DNA of 64,000 bases from Nocardioidaceae bacterium (GCA_030447585.1 JAUJOO010000002.1:199895-263894), one strand, 5' to 3'. Counted from the first letter of the stretch, positions 8,026 to 18,972 are shown. Numbers and translations: made by a program. Notes: generated from the letters alone by a model not told the origin.

Positions 8026-10114
8026 ATGTCACGTCCCCACACGCGCGCCAGGATCCTCCTGGCAGCGACCGCCTCAGCGGTCTTGCTGACCACCTTCACC
8101 CCGGCCGGAAACGGCGCTGCAGAAGGTGAGCCACAGTTCCCGGTGCAGCTGGTCACCGTCGACACGCCGACCCGTGCCGACAAGGACCGGCTGCAGACTC
8201 TCGGCCTCGACCTGACCGAGCACGCAGGTCACGACTTCGTCGAGGTGGTTCTGCACACGGCGACCGACGAAGCGCTGCTGCAGAGCGCCGGCTTCACCTG
8301 GGACGTGCGAATCGCCGACCTCTGGCAGCGCAACGCCGAGATCCAGACCCTCAACCGCGCCTACGCCGCCCAGACGGTCACGTCGCCGCTGCCGTCAGGC
8401 CGCGACGGCTACCGGCTGCTTCGTGACTACAACGCCGACATGGTGGCGCTGGCCAAGAAGGTACCCGAAGCTCGTCAAGCGGTTCGCGCTGCCTCGCAAG
8501 AGCCTCGAGGGCAAGACCGTCTACGGGCTTGAGATCGCCTCCAACGTGCGCGGCAACGACGGCCGTCCGGTCTTCTTGCTGATGGGGCTGCACCACGCCC
8601 GCGAGTGGCCGTCTGGCGAGCACGCGATCGAGTTCGCATTCGACCTGGCAAAGAACTTCGGCCGCAGCGACCGCATCACCGCCCTGCTGAAGCGGGCTCG
8701 GGTGATCGTCGTGCCGGTAGTCAACGTCGACGGCTTCCAGAAGTCGGTCAACGACGGCATGCTCGTCGACCTGCGCCCGGTCGACGATGGCGGGACTGTG
8801 TCGATCCTGGGCACCCCGGCCAACACCTACAAGCGCAAGAACTGCCGGGTCGTGGACGGCCAGCGCCCGGCTTGCGGGCGAATGCGACGCCGCGAAGAGC
8901 CCCGGCGGATTCGGGATCGGCGTCGACCCCAACCGCAACTACGGCGGCTTCTGGGGCGGGCCCGGCGCATCGTCCGACCCGTACGACCCGACCTACCGCG
9001 GCGCGTCGGCGTTCTCAGAACCAGAGACCAAGAACATTCGCGCCTGATCAGCCGGCGGCAGGTGCGATGATGATCAGCAACCACACCTTCTCCAACCTGG
9101 TCCTGCGTCCGAACGGCGTCGCGCCGGACACGATCGGCCCGGACGGTGAACCGATCGGCTATGCGCCCGACGAGCAGGCCATGAAGCAGCTCGGCGCGCG
9201 GATGGCCGCGCAGAACGGCTACACCAACCAGCACGGCTGGGAGCTCTACGACACCACCGGCACGACCGAGGACTGGTCGTACAACGCCACCGGTGGCTTC
9301 GGCTACACCTTCGAGATCGGGGCGAACGAGTTCCACCCGCCGTACCCGGAGGTCGTCGACGAGTACCTCGGGACCCCGGGTACGCCGTACGAGGGCAAGG
9401 GCAACCGCGAGGCGTTCCTGATCGCGCTGGCGAGTGCGGCCAACACCGACGCTCACTCGGTGATCGGTGGCAGGGCACCGGCCGGAGCAACCCTTCGGCT
9501 GCAGAAGACCTTCGGCACGCCGACGTGGGAGGCACGATCAGAGACACGCTGGAGTCAACGCTGCGCGTCGGTGCGAACCGGCGGTTCACCTGGCACATCA
9601 ACCCTCGACCCGCCCGGTCGTACAGGCGCGGCAGATCGAGGTGCTGGCCTCCAAGCCGCTCGCGACAAAGTCGTGGACCGGGACGACGCTGCCCGCCCAG
9701 CACACGGACCAGAAGTACGTCGTCACGAAGTCCGGGGTCGACCTTCTCGAGGTGAAGCTCGACTGGCCGACGCCCGACGACCTGGACCTGTACGTGTTCC
9801 GCAAGAAGGCCGACGGCTCGCTGGTGCAGGTCGCCAGCTCCACTGGGTTCGTCTTCGAGAAGGAGCGGGCGCTGGTGCAGAACCCACGGCCGGCCACCTA
9901 CATCCTGCGCGTCGAGAACTTCGCCTCGGCAAGCCCTCAGTGGACGTTGACCGCGTCGCAGTTCGACACCACCATGGAGACGCTTCCGGGTCTGATCGAG
10001 AACTACACGCTTTCCTGCGAGAAGAAGGGTCGCGTTCTGCAGCAGACGCCGGTCATCGTCGACCGCGGACAGCAGCTGAAGGTCGATCTGAGCAAGTGCA
10101 TCCGCCGTTGGTGA
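8026..10114 (+). pseudogene. secreted M14-family zinc carboxypeptidase with C-terminal pre-peptidase-like domain, multiply frameshifted
   Basis: GGAGG precedes the ATG at 8026, followed by a signal peptide. Homologous segments switch frame: frame 1 to about 8460; frame 2 (..VYGLEIASN..VFLLMGLHHAREWPSGEHAIEFA..VVPVVNVDGF) to about 8870; frame 3 (GFGIGVDPNRNYGGFWGG..SAFSEPETKNIRA) to 9047; frame 1 (MMISNHTFSNLVLRPNG..TGTTEDWSYNATGGFGYTFEIG) to about 9530; frame 2 to the stop at 10114. Confidence 0.75.
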
Positions 10115-10258
10115 GGTGAGACCAGCTCGCCGGCCGGGTGGGTGCGGCGCTCTCCTGGGTCAGCAGTCACTGCTGCAAGGGTCATGGCGGCCATCGCAAC
10201 CGCCGACCTGAGGAGATCCGTCACTTTCAGCGAACGGTCCGGTTGCCGGACGACGTAC

Positions 10259-10291
10259 GCAGAGCCCGAGACGACGTCTCGGGCTCTGCGC
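10259..10291. terminator. bidirectional stem-loop between convergent genes
   Basis: cgcagagcccgagac / loop gac / gtctcgggctctgcg. This is a perfect 15-bp stem between the ends of 8026..10114 (+) and 10327..10866 (-). Confidence 0.65.
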
Positions 10292-10326
10292 TTGGACCAG
10301 CCTTCCTGACTGTGGTGCCGAAACGG

Positions 10327-10866
10327 TCAGCCGCGCGCCACCGGCGGGGTGAAGTTGCGGCGCCCGTCGAGCCAGTCGCGGACGGTGTTGTCGCCGACCG
10401 TGCCGGTGGTCCGAACCGCCACGGCGACGGCACCCGGCCTGCCCAGGCAGTCCCGGTCGATGGTGACCGTGGCCGTGTCAGCCTGGTAGTCGAGGCGCAT
10501 CCCGTAGTCACACCCCGGTGAGTTGACCCGCCTGCCGACATCCCAGCCGTCGGCCCTCACGAGTGCGTAGTCGGTGCCGGAGAATGTGCCGCCTACCAGC
10601 ATGTACTCGGGGCCGGGCTTTTGGCGGTTCGTGTCCAGGAAGACGGTCAAGGTGCTGCCGCTTCTGGCGGAGCGGACCAGGTCCGCATGCTTGATCGTTA
10701 CCCGGACTGAGTCCTCGTTGGTCACTTTGACTCGGTGGATGTCGGCGCCGTGGTTGATGTCGCCACGGGCGTCGTCGAAGCTGTCGGTTTGTGCAAAGGC
10801 GGGACCGCCCAGTGCCAACGTGGCCACGGCCCCGACGCCGGCGAGCCCTGCAGTGATGCTGTTCAT
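10327..10866 (-). CDS. secreted hypothetical protein
   Basis: Signal peptide MNSITAGLAGVGAVATLALGGPAFA, then 150 aa of balanced composition (..DINHGADIHRVKVTNEDSVRVTIKHADL..). No family recognised. Confidence 0.6.
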   Translation of the reverse strand: MNSITAGLAGVGAVATLALGGPAFAQTDSFDDARGDINHGADIHRVKVTNEDSVRVTIKHADLVRSARSGSTLTVFLDTNRQKPGPEYMLVGGTFSGTDYALVRADGWDVGRRVNSPGCDYGMRLDYQADTATVTIDRDCLGRPGAVAVAVRTTGTVGDNTVRDWLDGRRNFTPPVARG

Positions 10867-11129
10867 TCTTTACTCCCTATCTGTGAGGCGTCCCCTGCGG
10901 AGCCGCTCGAGCGCGACCCTTGTGGCGCGCTGATGGTGAGACGCCACGCCACACCCAGCGCGTTGCATGCACAGGCGCATCGATAGCTCTTAGTTATGGC
11001 GAGGGACAGACTCCCTCAGCAGCACACCCCACCCGGACTTGACCGCCACGGCCCAAGCAGCGCCCGGGCGCCGGCGAGGACGGGCATCGGTCAGACGCCG
11101 AAACCTCAGATTCGTGGCCAGTTCCCGGT

Positions 11130-11465
11130 TCAGGCCGCCGACTCCTCGCCCGCGTGCTTGGCCAACAGATCAGCCAGCTCGGCCAGCCCGCTGTACGACG
11201 AGGACTTCCCGGTACCTCCCGTACCACCTAGCTGCACGGTCGGCTCAACAGCACCCAAGATGACCACCGATGCGCCGGGAATACTCACAGGCTCCGACAC
11301 CAGCACCACGCCGGTGACATCAGCGCAGTCCGACACCCTTCCTTGCTGCGGCACCAGCACTGCGTCGAACCGGTCGTCGCGCGACAGTGCGGCATACACA
11401 GCCGAACGCAGCAGGTACGGCTCGACCGCCACGAGAACGCGCAACTGGGCGGGGACGCGGGCCAT
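11130..11465 (-). CDS. hypothetical protein, possibly a degenerate receiver-like domain
   Basis: 111 aa downstream of the response regulator on the same strand. The LRVLVAVEPYLLRSAVYAALSRDDRFD..VVLVS pattern resembles a CheY-like fold, but no acidic pocket was recognised. Confidence 0.4.
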   Translation of the reverse strand: MARVPAQLRVLVAVEPYLLRSAVYAALSRDDRFDAVLVPQQGRVSDCADVTGVVLVSEPVSIPGASVVILGAVEPTVQLGGTGGTGKSSSYSGLAELADLLAKHAGEESAA

Positions 11466-11592
11466 GCCAATAACCTACGAGAGCCAGTCCAGGTAGCGCA
11501 TCGACTGTTCGGATGATCTTTCCCTACCCGGATTTACGTATCTGAGCTGGCCTCCTGACACCGGCTGATGGCTCTGGTTGCGCAGGGTGAGT

Positions 11593-12282
11593 TCAGGCTC
11601 CGTCGCTGGGGCCGCCTGGCTGGAGCTCTAGGTGCTGGGCGGCGAAAGCGACTGCTTCGAGTTGAGAGTGCACTTCCAGCTTGGCGAGGATGTTGGAGGT
11701 ATGAGTTCTCGCCGTAGCGGGACTGATGAACAGCTGCTCCGCGATCGCTTCACTGCGGTAACCCTGCGCAAGCAAGCGCAGGATCTCATGTTCGCGCCGG
11801 GTCAAGCGGTCGAGGCGCATCTTTGCGTCCATACTGTTTTGGCGTTGGGCTGCCAGCGCCGGCAGCAGGCGGGCCAGCTCCCGAGGGTCGATGAGCGTTT
11901 CACCAGCGGCGACCGCGCGAATGCCCTGCAGGACCTCGGCGATGTCGGAGCCTTTGTCCAAGAAGCCGGAGGAGCCGGCCTCGACGGCTTCCACCATGAT
12001 CGCCGGCCGGCGGTTTCCGGATACCACGATCACCCGTATCTTCGGCGAGATCGCCGTGATGTGTCGAGTGGCCTCGATCCCGTTCACGGGCCCGTTGAGG
12101 TCGATGTCCATCAGCACCACGTCGGGGCAGTGGTCCTGGCTGAGAGCGACCGCGTCTGCCGCCGTGTGGACTGGGTCGGCTATCAGCCGCATTCCCGGCT
12201 CGCTTTGAATCACTGTGGCCAGCGCGTCAGTGAGAACCTTGTGGTCGTCGCAGATCAGGACCGAGATCTCGGCGTCAGTCAT
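11593..12282 (-). CDS. two-component response regulator, NarL/LuxR family
   Basis: REC domain: [39 protein letters not shown]. LuxR HTH: [45 protein letters not shown]. The ATG at 12282 overlaps the kinase stop by 8 nt (ATGACTGA). Confidence 0.85.
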   Translation of the reverse strand: MTDAEISVLICDDHKVLTDALATVIQSEPGMRLIADPVHTAADAVALSQDHCPDVVLMDIDLNGPVNGIEATRHITAISPKIRVIVVSGNRRPAIMVEAVEAGSSGFLDKGSDIAEVLQGIRAVAAGETLIDPRELARLLPALAAQRQNSMDAKMRLDRLTRREHEILRLLAQGYRSEAIAEQLFISPATARTHTSNILAKLEVHSQLEAVAFAAQHLELQPGGPSDGA

Positions 12283-13924
12283 TCGGCGCTCCTTTGAACG
12301 GTAGCTCGACCTTGAATAAAGCGCCTCCTGCAGCGCTGCTCTCCACCCAGGCTCTTCCACCGTGCAAGTCGGCGAGCCGAGCTACCAGCGACAGTCCCAA
12401 GCCCGTACCGGAACCGTGTTTGCCGGCGACCTGATAGAACCGTTCGAAGACTTTGTCGCGTACGTCGTCCGGTATTCCTGGACCCGCATCCTCCACGGAG
12501 ATCACGGCTGCGTGGTCGGTTGCCGTCAGCGACACCCGGATGTTTGTCCCCGGCGGGGTATGGCGGACGGCGTTCAGCAGCAGGTTCTCCACGATCCGTT
12601 CCACCTTCGGCGCGTCAACGTCAGCCTTGACCGGGGCGAGATCCAGGTCGACCTGCCGGCCGGTGAGCGCCTCTGCGTGTTCCAGTACTACCGCACGCAC
12701 CAGTTCGACAAGGTTTGTGTCTCGACGCCGCAGCGGGAGCGGATCGGATGTCAACCGTTCCAGGTCCAGCAGGTCATCCAGCAGTCGGCGCATCTTCTCA
12801 GCACTCGACTCGAGCCCTGCCAGATGCTCCTGGCGCTGTTGCGGCGACAAGGTAGGTGAGTGGGCGTCGCGCTTCAACACACCGGCCACTGCCCGGATCG
12901 CCGCCAATGGGGAACGCAGATCGTGCGAGACAGTGTCCATGATCGTGTTCTTCAGATGATCCAGCTCGATCAGCCTCGCTGCCGTCTCACGCTCGTCGGC
13001 GAGAGAACGCTCGAGTTCTTCCAGGACACGCTCACGTTCTGACACGTCGCGGACGATGGCAGTGAACGACTGCTCCTCGTCGACCTTCCACGCTGCTAGA
13101 GAGAGCTCGGCAGGGAACTCGGAGCCGTCTCGTCGTAGCGCAGGCACCACGACGGTTGTCCCGACGATGCGAGGCTCTTCTGTTTCCAGGTAGCGTGCGA
13201 ACCCTTTCCAGTGAGCCGACCGTAGCCGCTCCGGAATGATCACCGCCACAGGTGAACCGACCAGGGCCTGCACGTCGTGGTCGAACATGTGGCTGCTCTG
13301 CGGGTTCGCGTACTGGATGTCACCGTTCGCATCGATGGTGATGATGGCATCGGTCGCGGTGTCAGCAACGGCCCGAAAGAGTGCCTCACTGCGACGTAGA
13401 TCCCACTCGGCCTGCTGCTTAGCCATCTGCGCCCCCAGCTGAGCCGCCACAGCCATCAGCAACTTCTGTGCCCCGACATCCACCGGCCTGCTGTCACCGG
13501 TAAAGAACTCCAAGATGGCAATCACCCGCGCGTCTGACGTCACCGGCACCATCAGCGCGGTCCTCAAGCCAGCCTCAGCGGCGCTCTGTGAGCGATGGAA
13601 CTGGCTTGCGTCGGAGGCGATGTCGTCCAGCCACTGCACCTCAGGGTTGACCCACACCTCACCAAGCACCGGCATTCCCCGCGTGAACCGCACTGAAGCG
13701 CTGGCCTCGTGAAAGGCCTCGTTTCCAGGACTGGCCTGGTGCCAGACCGGACTACATTCCAAGAAGCGGTCATGCTCGTCCGGGATCCACACTTGGCCAA
13801 CCGACCAACCGCCCGCCGTGCAGAACGATCGCAAGATGGTGGTCAGTGCCTCTTCGGAGGTCGCCGACCTGGAGACGGCCAAAGACAGGTCGAGCAGCAG
13901 CCTCAGCAGGCTTCCTGATTCCAT
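12275..13924 (-). CDS. sensor histidine kinase, GAF-PAS-HisKA-HATPase_c (cytoplasmic)
   Basis: N-terminal GAF-like region. PAS: [42 protein letters not shown]-box: [16 protein letters not shown]-boxes: [19 protein letters not shown]. No TM segment was seen. Confidence 0.85.
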   Translation of the reverse strand: MESGSLLRLLLDLSLAVSRSATSEEALTTILRSFCTAGGWSVGQVWIPDEHDRFLECSPVWHQASPGNEAFHEASASVRFTRGMPVLGEVWVNPEVQWLDDIASDASQFHRSQSAAEAGLRTALMVPVTSDARVIAILEFFTGDSRPVDVGAQKLLMAVAAQLGAQMAKQQAEWDLRRSEALFRAVADTATDAIITIDANGDIQYANPQSSHMFDHDVQALVGSPVAVIIPERLRSAHWKGFARYLETEEPRIVGTTVVVPALRRDGSEFPAELSLAAWKVDEEQSFTAIVRDVSERERVLEELERSLADERETAARLIELDHLKNTIMDTVSHDLRSPLAAIRAVAGVLKRDAHSPTLSPQQRQEHLAGLESSAEKMRRLLDDLLDLERLTSDPLPLRRRDTNLVELVRAVVLEHAEALTGRQVDLDLAPVKADVDAPKVERIVENLLLNAVRHTPPGTNIRVSLTATDHAAVISVEDAGPGIPDDVRDKVFERFYQVAGKHGSGTGLGLSLVARLADLHGGRAWVESSAAGGALFKVELPFKGAPND

Positions 13925-14153
13925 ACGCCGTCAACATCCCTCGGACCGAGCCAAACACACGAAGAACCGCCCAGGACGCCAGACTCGACACCCGGTGGGC
14001 GATGAAAGTATGGCCATCGGCGGCGGGACTTATCCAGGAAATGACTGAATAGGACCTAAGCGGCCACGCTGCGTATCGGTGATGTCGGCACCGGCCGCAC
14101 CGTCGTGCCGTTAGCTGCGCCCGACTCGTCTCTCCGGCGCTTATTGGGACCGG

Positions 14154-14340
14154 CTATTCGTGTGCCTGCTGTGAGGATCGGCGGCGACGGTGGTTGCTGA
14201 CCCGCGTCCGGGTGGCGCATGTGGTGGAGCAGAAACGTCGGGGGCGCCACTTGTCGACAGCAGGAACGGTTGGGCGCATCCGTGTGCGGCGCATCGTCGC
14301 ACGGGGGGCTGGCCGTTGCGGGTGAGCAGCAGGGCGAAAG
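14154..14340 (-). pseudogene. CGNR zinc-finger (ABATE-family C-terminus) remnant with a frame change
   Basis: One frame gives ..VRRCAAHGCAQPFLLSTSG.. and the adjacent frame gives ..RPRRFCSTTCATRTRVSNHRRRR-stop. Joined, they mimic C-x4-C..F.D.S...RR.CS..C.nR. The N-terminal domain is not detectable. Confidence 0.35.
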
Positions 14341-14376
14341 CCATGGCGCTGGACGAGGCCAACCATTCGGCCAGGG

Positions 14377-15210
14377 ATGCGTTCTGGTGCTGTGGCCGGT
14401 CCCGCGGTGGGGGCCGTCCTGGACCGTTCCCGCCGTACCGCTGCCGTGCTCAGCGGTGCCATGTTCTGCATGGCGGGCGGTTTCCTGGTCCTTCTCGCAG
14501 AGCTGCCACGCGCGTTGGCGCTCGAGGCCGGTTCCTACAACGCAGCGGGCATCGTTGGACCAGCCCTCATCGCTGCGTTGGCCATGGCGCTGACGCCTCA
14601 GTGGGCAGTGGTCAGCGCCGCCGTGCTGCTGGGTCATCTGTGCATCCTCGGCGTTCAGGATGCCGCTCGAGGCTGTCGCCGCACGACAACACCGCCACGT
14701 ACTCGATGATCTGCGCAGCGGGCTAAGCGCCATGTGGTCGACCATAGGGGCTACGCCAGGTCGTGCTTGTCAGCACGATCGCCCACGCCGGCTTCGGCGC
14801 CTTTGTGGTCGCGACACCGCTTGTGGCGCACCGGTGGACCGGTCATGCGGAAGCGGGGGCCTGGCTCGCCGCCCGATCCGACATTCGCCAGAAAGGGTTG
14901 TTGCCTGGGGGGCCGCAGCCGTCGGACTTTGCCTGAGTGTGGCCGCGGGGTCTCCGAACATCGTGGTCGCGACCGTCCTGTACGCCATGGCGGGTGTCGC
15001 TGACGGCTCGTTGCTGGTTGGGACGTTCGCTGTTCGGCACAGAGACGCACCAGTTCCGTGCGGTCTCAGGTCTTCGTTACCGCCGCCAGCCTGAAGATCG
15101 GTGCGTACGCCGCTGGGGTAGCCGCCGCCGGCATGTTCTCAGCGGGAGGCGTGGAACTCCTCCTGCTCGCTGGCGCGCTGCACCTGTGGCCGCAGCCGCT
15201 ATCTGCCTGC
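14377..15210 (+). pseudogene. MFS-transporter C-terminal half, frameshifted
   Basis: TM-rich pieces lie in three ORFs and frames: GPAVGAVLDRSRRTAAVLSGAMFCMAGGFLVLL.., ..AAVGLCLSVAAGSPNIVVATVLYAMAGVADGSLLVGTFAV.., and ..VFVTAASLKIGAYAAGVAAAGMFSAGGVELLLLAGAL. No N-terminal half is present. Confidence 0.4.
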
Positions 15211-15552
15211 GAGGACCGCGCATCAGCAGACGCTTGGCCGTGTCGTGTCTGCCGGCCGCCCATCCGGGCGGCGATCGACGACCGGTTCGCAGCGGCCGCG
15301 CTCGTCGATCTGGGAAGCGGCTCACGGCGGCTCCTGCGCGCCAGCCTCCTGGAAGCCGTCGCGGTGCTGAGCGGCCTCGCCCGCACCCGCCGGTATCCTG
15401 CTCGCCGCGTAGCCCTCTTGGGTGAAGGCATCGCTGAGGAAAGCCGCGCTCGTGCCATTCTGGGCCACCCCGCGACGGGGCCGCCGAAGGCTTTGGCGGC
15501 TCTCGGATGCGCAGCAAGATCACCCCGGCATCCGGCGGGGTATCGTCGCCGC

Positions 15553-15786
15553 ATGCAAACAACTGAGCTGCGCCCCGGGCGGCTCGTCCTGCTGTTCGTC
15601 CTCGTGGCCTTCACCTCCGGCGCTGCGGTCCAGGCGGTGCGCACGGTCCCCGATCCGAACCTGTTCACCTCGGCGACGGGGACGATCGTCTCCATCACCG
15701 TGACCGCCGCCGTGATGGCGGCCGCCGTCCTGCGCCCACCGTCCTGGCTGACTCGCCCGACCGGGCCCAACACTACGACGGACTGA
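15553..15786 (+). CDS. small hypothetical membrane protein
   Basis: The ATG at 15553 gives MQTTELRPGRLVLLFVLVAFTSGAAVQAV..TGTIVSITVTAAVMAAAVL.., with two hydrophobic helices. It lies within a longer doubtful ORF. Confidence 0.3.
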   Translation: MQTTELRPGRLVLLFVLVAFTSGAAVQAVRTVPDPNLFTSATGTIVSITVTAAVMAAAVLRPPSWLTRPTGPNTTTD

Positions 15787-15845
15787 GCCTCTGGTCCGTC
15801 TCGTCGGGGGCAACGGATACGTCGATCAGAGGAGCTGCTTCCTCT

Positions 15846-16176
15846 CCACCGCTCTCCCTCGTGGCGCTCCAGCGCGAGCGTAACGAGGCGGTCGAGCAGC
15901 TGCGGGCCCGCTCGCCTCGAAGACTCTGGCGTAGCACTCGTCTCGGTGGACCCCGGGATCGTGTTGAGCTCGTCAGGAGTACCTCGCCACCGTCCTCCGC
16001 GAGGAAGTCGCAGCGCGCCATGCCCGCGCAGCGCAGCCGCTCGAAGACGTCGATCGCCATCTCCCGCACGCGTCTTTCATCTGCTCGGGAAGCCGAGCCG
16101 GCACCACGAGCTCCATTCCCCCCGGCTCGTACTTGGCGCGCTGGCAGCCGCCTGTGTGCTCGCTGCTCGGCAACGA
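15846..16176 (-). pseudogene. ddl: D-alanine--D-alanine ligase C-terminal fragment, frameshifted
   Basis: Reverse-strand pieces: ..KYEPGGMELVVPARLPEQMKDA.., VREMAIDVFERLRCAGMARCDFLAEDGGEVLL, and (after a shift) ELNTIPG.TETS...PQLLDRLVTLALERH. The N-terminal half and natural stop are missing. Confidence 0.5.
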
Positions 16177-16329
16177 GGCACCGGGTCGTGACCGGTACTA
16201 GTCGCCGACCTTGATCACTCTGCTGAATGCAACCGGATCGGTGCGGACCTCATGCCCTATGGTCCAGGTCCAAACGTCGTCCTAGACAGAGTCACCGCTC
16301 GAGCCGAGGCAGTTGAGGAGAGGCAGGAG

Positions 16330-17268
16330 ATGACTAACCAGCCGACAAATGCCCCGAGCTGGGTGTCGTCGTTCTACGACCGCAAGGGGCAAGTGTCAGG
16401 TCCATCGGGCGTGTTGGACCACCACCGGGAGAGAGCATCAGCGATCAAACGGTTCGGTGGAAAGAGCCAGGGCCGAGTCCTCGAGATCGGTGCGGGAGCC
16501 GGTGGCAGTGCCGTCGCGACGGCCGAGCTCGGATATCGGGTCGTCGCCGTGGGGCTGAGCCCCGTGCGAGCGGGATTCGCCAACGACCTCACGCGGGGCA
16601 GGGCTGACCTTGCGATAGAGGTACTGGAAGCCGACTTCATGACCGTCGCGCTCGTTGACAAGTTCGACGCGGTGACCTGCTGGAACGGGTTCGGCGTAGG
16701 AACCGACGCCGACCAACGAAAGCTGCTGAGGCGGATCAACCAGCATTGGCTGGCGGAGGACGGGGTAGCCATCCTTGACATCTTCAACCCCGTCGGCTGG
16801 TCCCGGCTCGCCGGTGAGAGGTCTCTCGATGAAGAGACGGGACTGCGTTCCGCACTCGACTTCGACGCTGTGGAAAACCGGCTCCTGGACAATTGGTGGT
16901 TCGATGGCGACACGCAACCACCCATGGCGCAGTCCATCCGTTGCTACTCGCCGCCAGACTTACGTCTTTTGCTAGAGGGGACAGGACTCCGCCTGGCGGA
17001 TGCGGAAGTCGAGGGCATACCGCTCACAGAGGTGACCCCAGGAGTTGACGGCCCCATGGCCAGTGCGTGGGGTTATCGAGTTCTGATCATCCCTCGACTG
17101 TTGAGTGTGCACACGCTTGGTGCATGCGCCGCTCCGAGAGGTAGGGCGACTTCTAACTCGCTGGCCGTACAAGTTCACATGACAGGCAAGCCATGCCGGG
17201 TTAAACGTCACAGGGCACGAGCGTCGAGAAGCGCGTCAGTTCGTACCGTTGTAGCGGAAGGTGTCTAG
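16330..17268 (+). CDS. class I SAM-dependent methyltransferase
   Basis: GGAGA RBS before the ATG at 16330. Motif I is RVLEIGAGAGGSAVATAELGYRVVAVGLS, followed by ..FDAVTCWNGFGVG..LAEDGVAILDIF. The last ~60 codons look non-native and run 33 nt into the convergent gene, so the true stop may have been lost. Confidence 0.7.
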   Translation: MTNQPTNAPSWVSSFYDRKGQVSGPSGVLDHHRERASAIKRFGGKSQGRVLEIGAGAGGSAVATAELGYRVVAVGLSPVRAGFANDLTRGRADLAIEVLEADFMTVALVDKFDAVTCWNGFGVGTDADQRKLLRRINQHWLAEDGVAILDIFNPVGWSRLAGERSLDEETGLRSALDFDAVENRLLDNWWFDGDTQPPMAQSIRCYSPPDLRLLLEGTGLRLADAEVEGIPLTEVTPGVDGPMASAWGYRVLIIPRLLSVHTLGACAAPRGRATSNSLAVQVHMTGKPCRVKRHRARASRSASVRTVVAEGV

Positions 17269-18636
17269 TCCTCTGGCCATATCGCCGACGTAAATGAAGT
17301 CGCCGTTCCACCAAGCGCCCCAGGCCGTCGTACCCGGTGCAATGCCCTGCGCCACCCGCGCCGGCGCCGCTGGATCGGCATAGTCAACTATCTGCAGGCC
17401 GGCGTTGTACGACCCGAACGCGACGAGGCTGCCCCGAGAGGAGAACACGTGCACCGAACAGACCGGCGCGAGTGTGTCGGCTGGGATGAACCACTCGCTC
17501 AGCTCCGTGGCCTGCGTCAGGGTCGCGTCGAGGCGTACTGCGGCCACGCCACCGCCGGCGGTGTCGACGGTATCGGCGCCGTCGTCTTCGCCGCACGGGT
17601 GGTGTAGGTCCTCGTCGGCGACCAACATGACCCGTGGGTCGCTGGGGAGGAACTGCGCCTCGTGGTGGTACCGGATCGGGTGGTGCGAGGGACCGCGTTC
17701 GTGCAGCCAGCGCAGCAGGACCACGGGGTTGCGGGGATCGGTGATGTCGATGACGAAGATGCTGCCGGTGTTGCCCGCCTCGTTGGTGTAGTTCCCTCCC
17801 TCGGCCAGCAGAATGATGTCGCGTTTAGCGGTGCTGCCGTCGGCCTGCTGGACCACGTAGTTCGGATACGCCGTGATGTCGTGAGTGTGCGTGAAGGCTG
17901 CGCCGACAGGCTTGTCTCCCCTGTATGGGGACGCCTCCCAGAGCGCGGCCGGGTTTCCGTGGAAGAGTCGCACTGGTGCGCAAGGGTTGTCGGCAGCCTG
18001 CGGCCGGCACCGCCCCGGCGAGGTCTTGATCAGCGGCTGGATGTCATAGATCCGCAGGCCCCAGCGGCCGTCTCCGCTGACCCCAGAGCCACCCGACGGA
18101 AGCCACAGCCGACGGCTGTCAACGATGTCGCCGTTGTGCGCCTCCCCGTGCTCCTGGCCGACAAACTCCGCCAGCTTGACCGGGGCAGCCGGGTTTGTCA
18201 CGTCGAAGAATTCCGACCTGTCGGTCCGCGTCTCCTGGGTGGCGGTCGTGCGCCGGGTGCCGTTGAGCACGGCGAAGTGCCGAGGTGACCGCTTGCTGCC
18301 GTACACCGCCGCATCCGGTACGGCGTCCGCCCGGTTCCCCGGCAAGTAAGCGCCAATCTGGCGGGGATCCGCGGGCCGCGAGATGTCGAAGATGCGGAAG
18401 CCCTCGCCGTACGCACCGACGTAAAGGCGGCTGCCCTCGGCGACCACGTGACCACCCGTGGCCCCCCCATCGTTGCCCAAGTACTCGACGCCATGCTCGA
18501 CCGCGACCGCTACCGGGTTACCCGGAACATCATGCACCGCATGGCCGTGGTCATGCTCTTCGGCTCCAACAACAGCGGCCGAGGCAACCAACAGGGGAGC
18601 TGCGGCCACCGAGGCCAACCCGACAGAAACGCGCAT
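17236..18636 (-). CDS. secreted LVIVD-repeat beta-propeller protein (paralogue 1) with His-rich N-terminus
   Basis: The signal peptide is followed by AEEHDHGHAVHD. Repeats of the LVIVD type: GFRIFDISRPADPRQIG, GLRIYDIQP, SIFVIDITDPRNPVVL, GLQIVDYADPAAPARV. Confidence 0.75.
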   Translation of the reverse strand: MRVSVGLASVAAAPLLVASAAVVGAEEHDHGHAVHDVPGNPVAVAVEHGVEYLGNDGGATGGHVVAEGSRLYVGAYGEGFRIFDISRPADPRQIGAYLPGNRADAVPDAAVYGSKRSPRHFAVLNGTRRTTATQETRTDRSEFFDVTNPAAPVKLAEFVGQEHGEAHNGDIVDSRRLWLPSGGSGVSGDGRWGLRIYDIQPLIKTSPGRCRPQAADNPCAPVRLFHGNPAALWEASPYRGDKPVGAAFTHTHDITAYPNYVVQQADGSTAKRDIILLAEGGNYTNEAGNTGSIFVIDITDPRNPVVLLRWLHERGPSHHPIRYHHEAQFLPSDPRVMLVADEDLHHPCGEDDGADTVDTAGGGVAAVRLDATLTQATELSEWFIPADTLAPVCSVHVFSSRGSLVAFGSYNAGLQIVDYADPAAPARVAQGIAPGTTAWGAWWNGDFIYVGDMARGLDTFRYNGTN

Positions 18637-18972
18637 TGGTCAATCCTCCAGTCGGCCGAAAACTAGCGCGATAGTAGTCAAAAATGCGACGCCCGTCCAG
18701 CACCAGAACACCTGTGAGATGGCAGCCGGTCTGGCTGGTCGTCGGCGTTGCGCAGTCACAGGCCTGCGCCGGTGACAGCGCCGCACCGGTAGCCCAAATG
18801 TTCTCGTCTCGTTGGGCAAGATCAGCGGCGCGTCCACCGCAGCAAGGTCGACGTAGTGGTGCCGCGCTCCCTGTCGACGTTCTGCCGGTGTTGGTGTCCT
18901 TCCTGTGAACCGTTCGGCGATCGTCGTGCGACAAGAGGGATGAGAGTTCGACTCGCATTCAAGGAGCCCGTC

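Noticed and set aside
17236-17268. 33-nt convergent overlap of the methyltransferase and LVIVD genes as a regulatory antisense arrangement
   Set aside because: The last ~60 codons of the methyltransferase ORF look non-native. The overlap is more likely a consequence of a lost stop codon or read-through than a designed feature.
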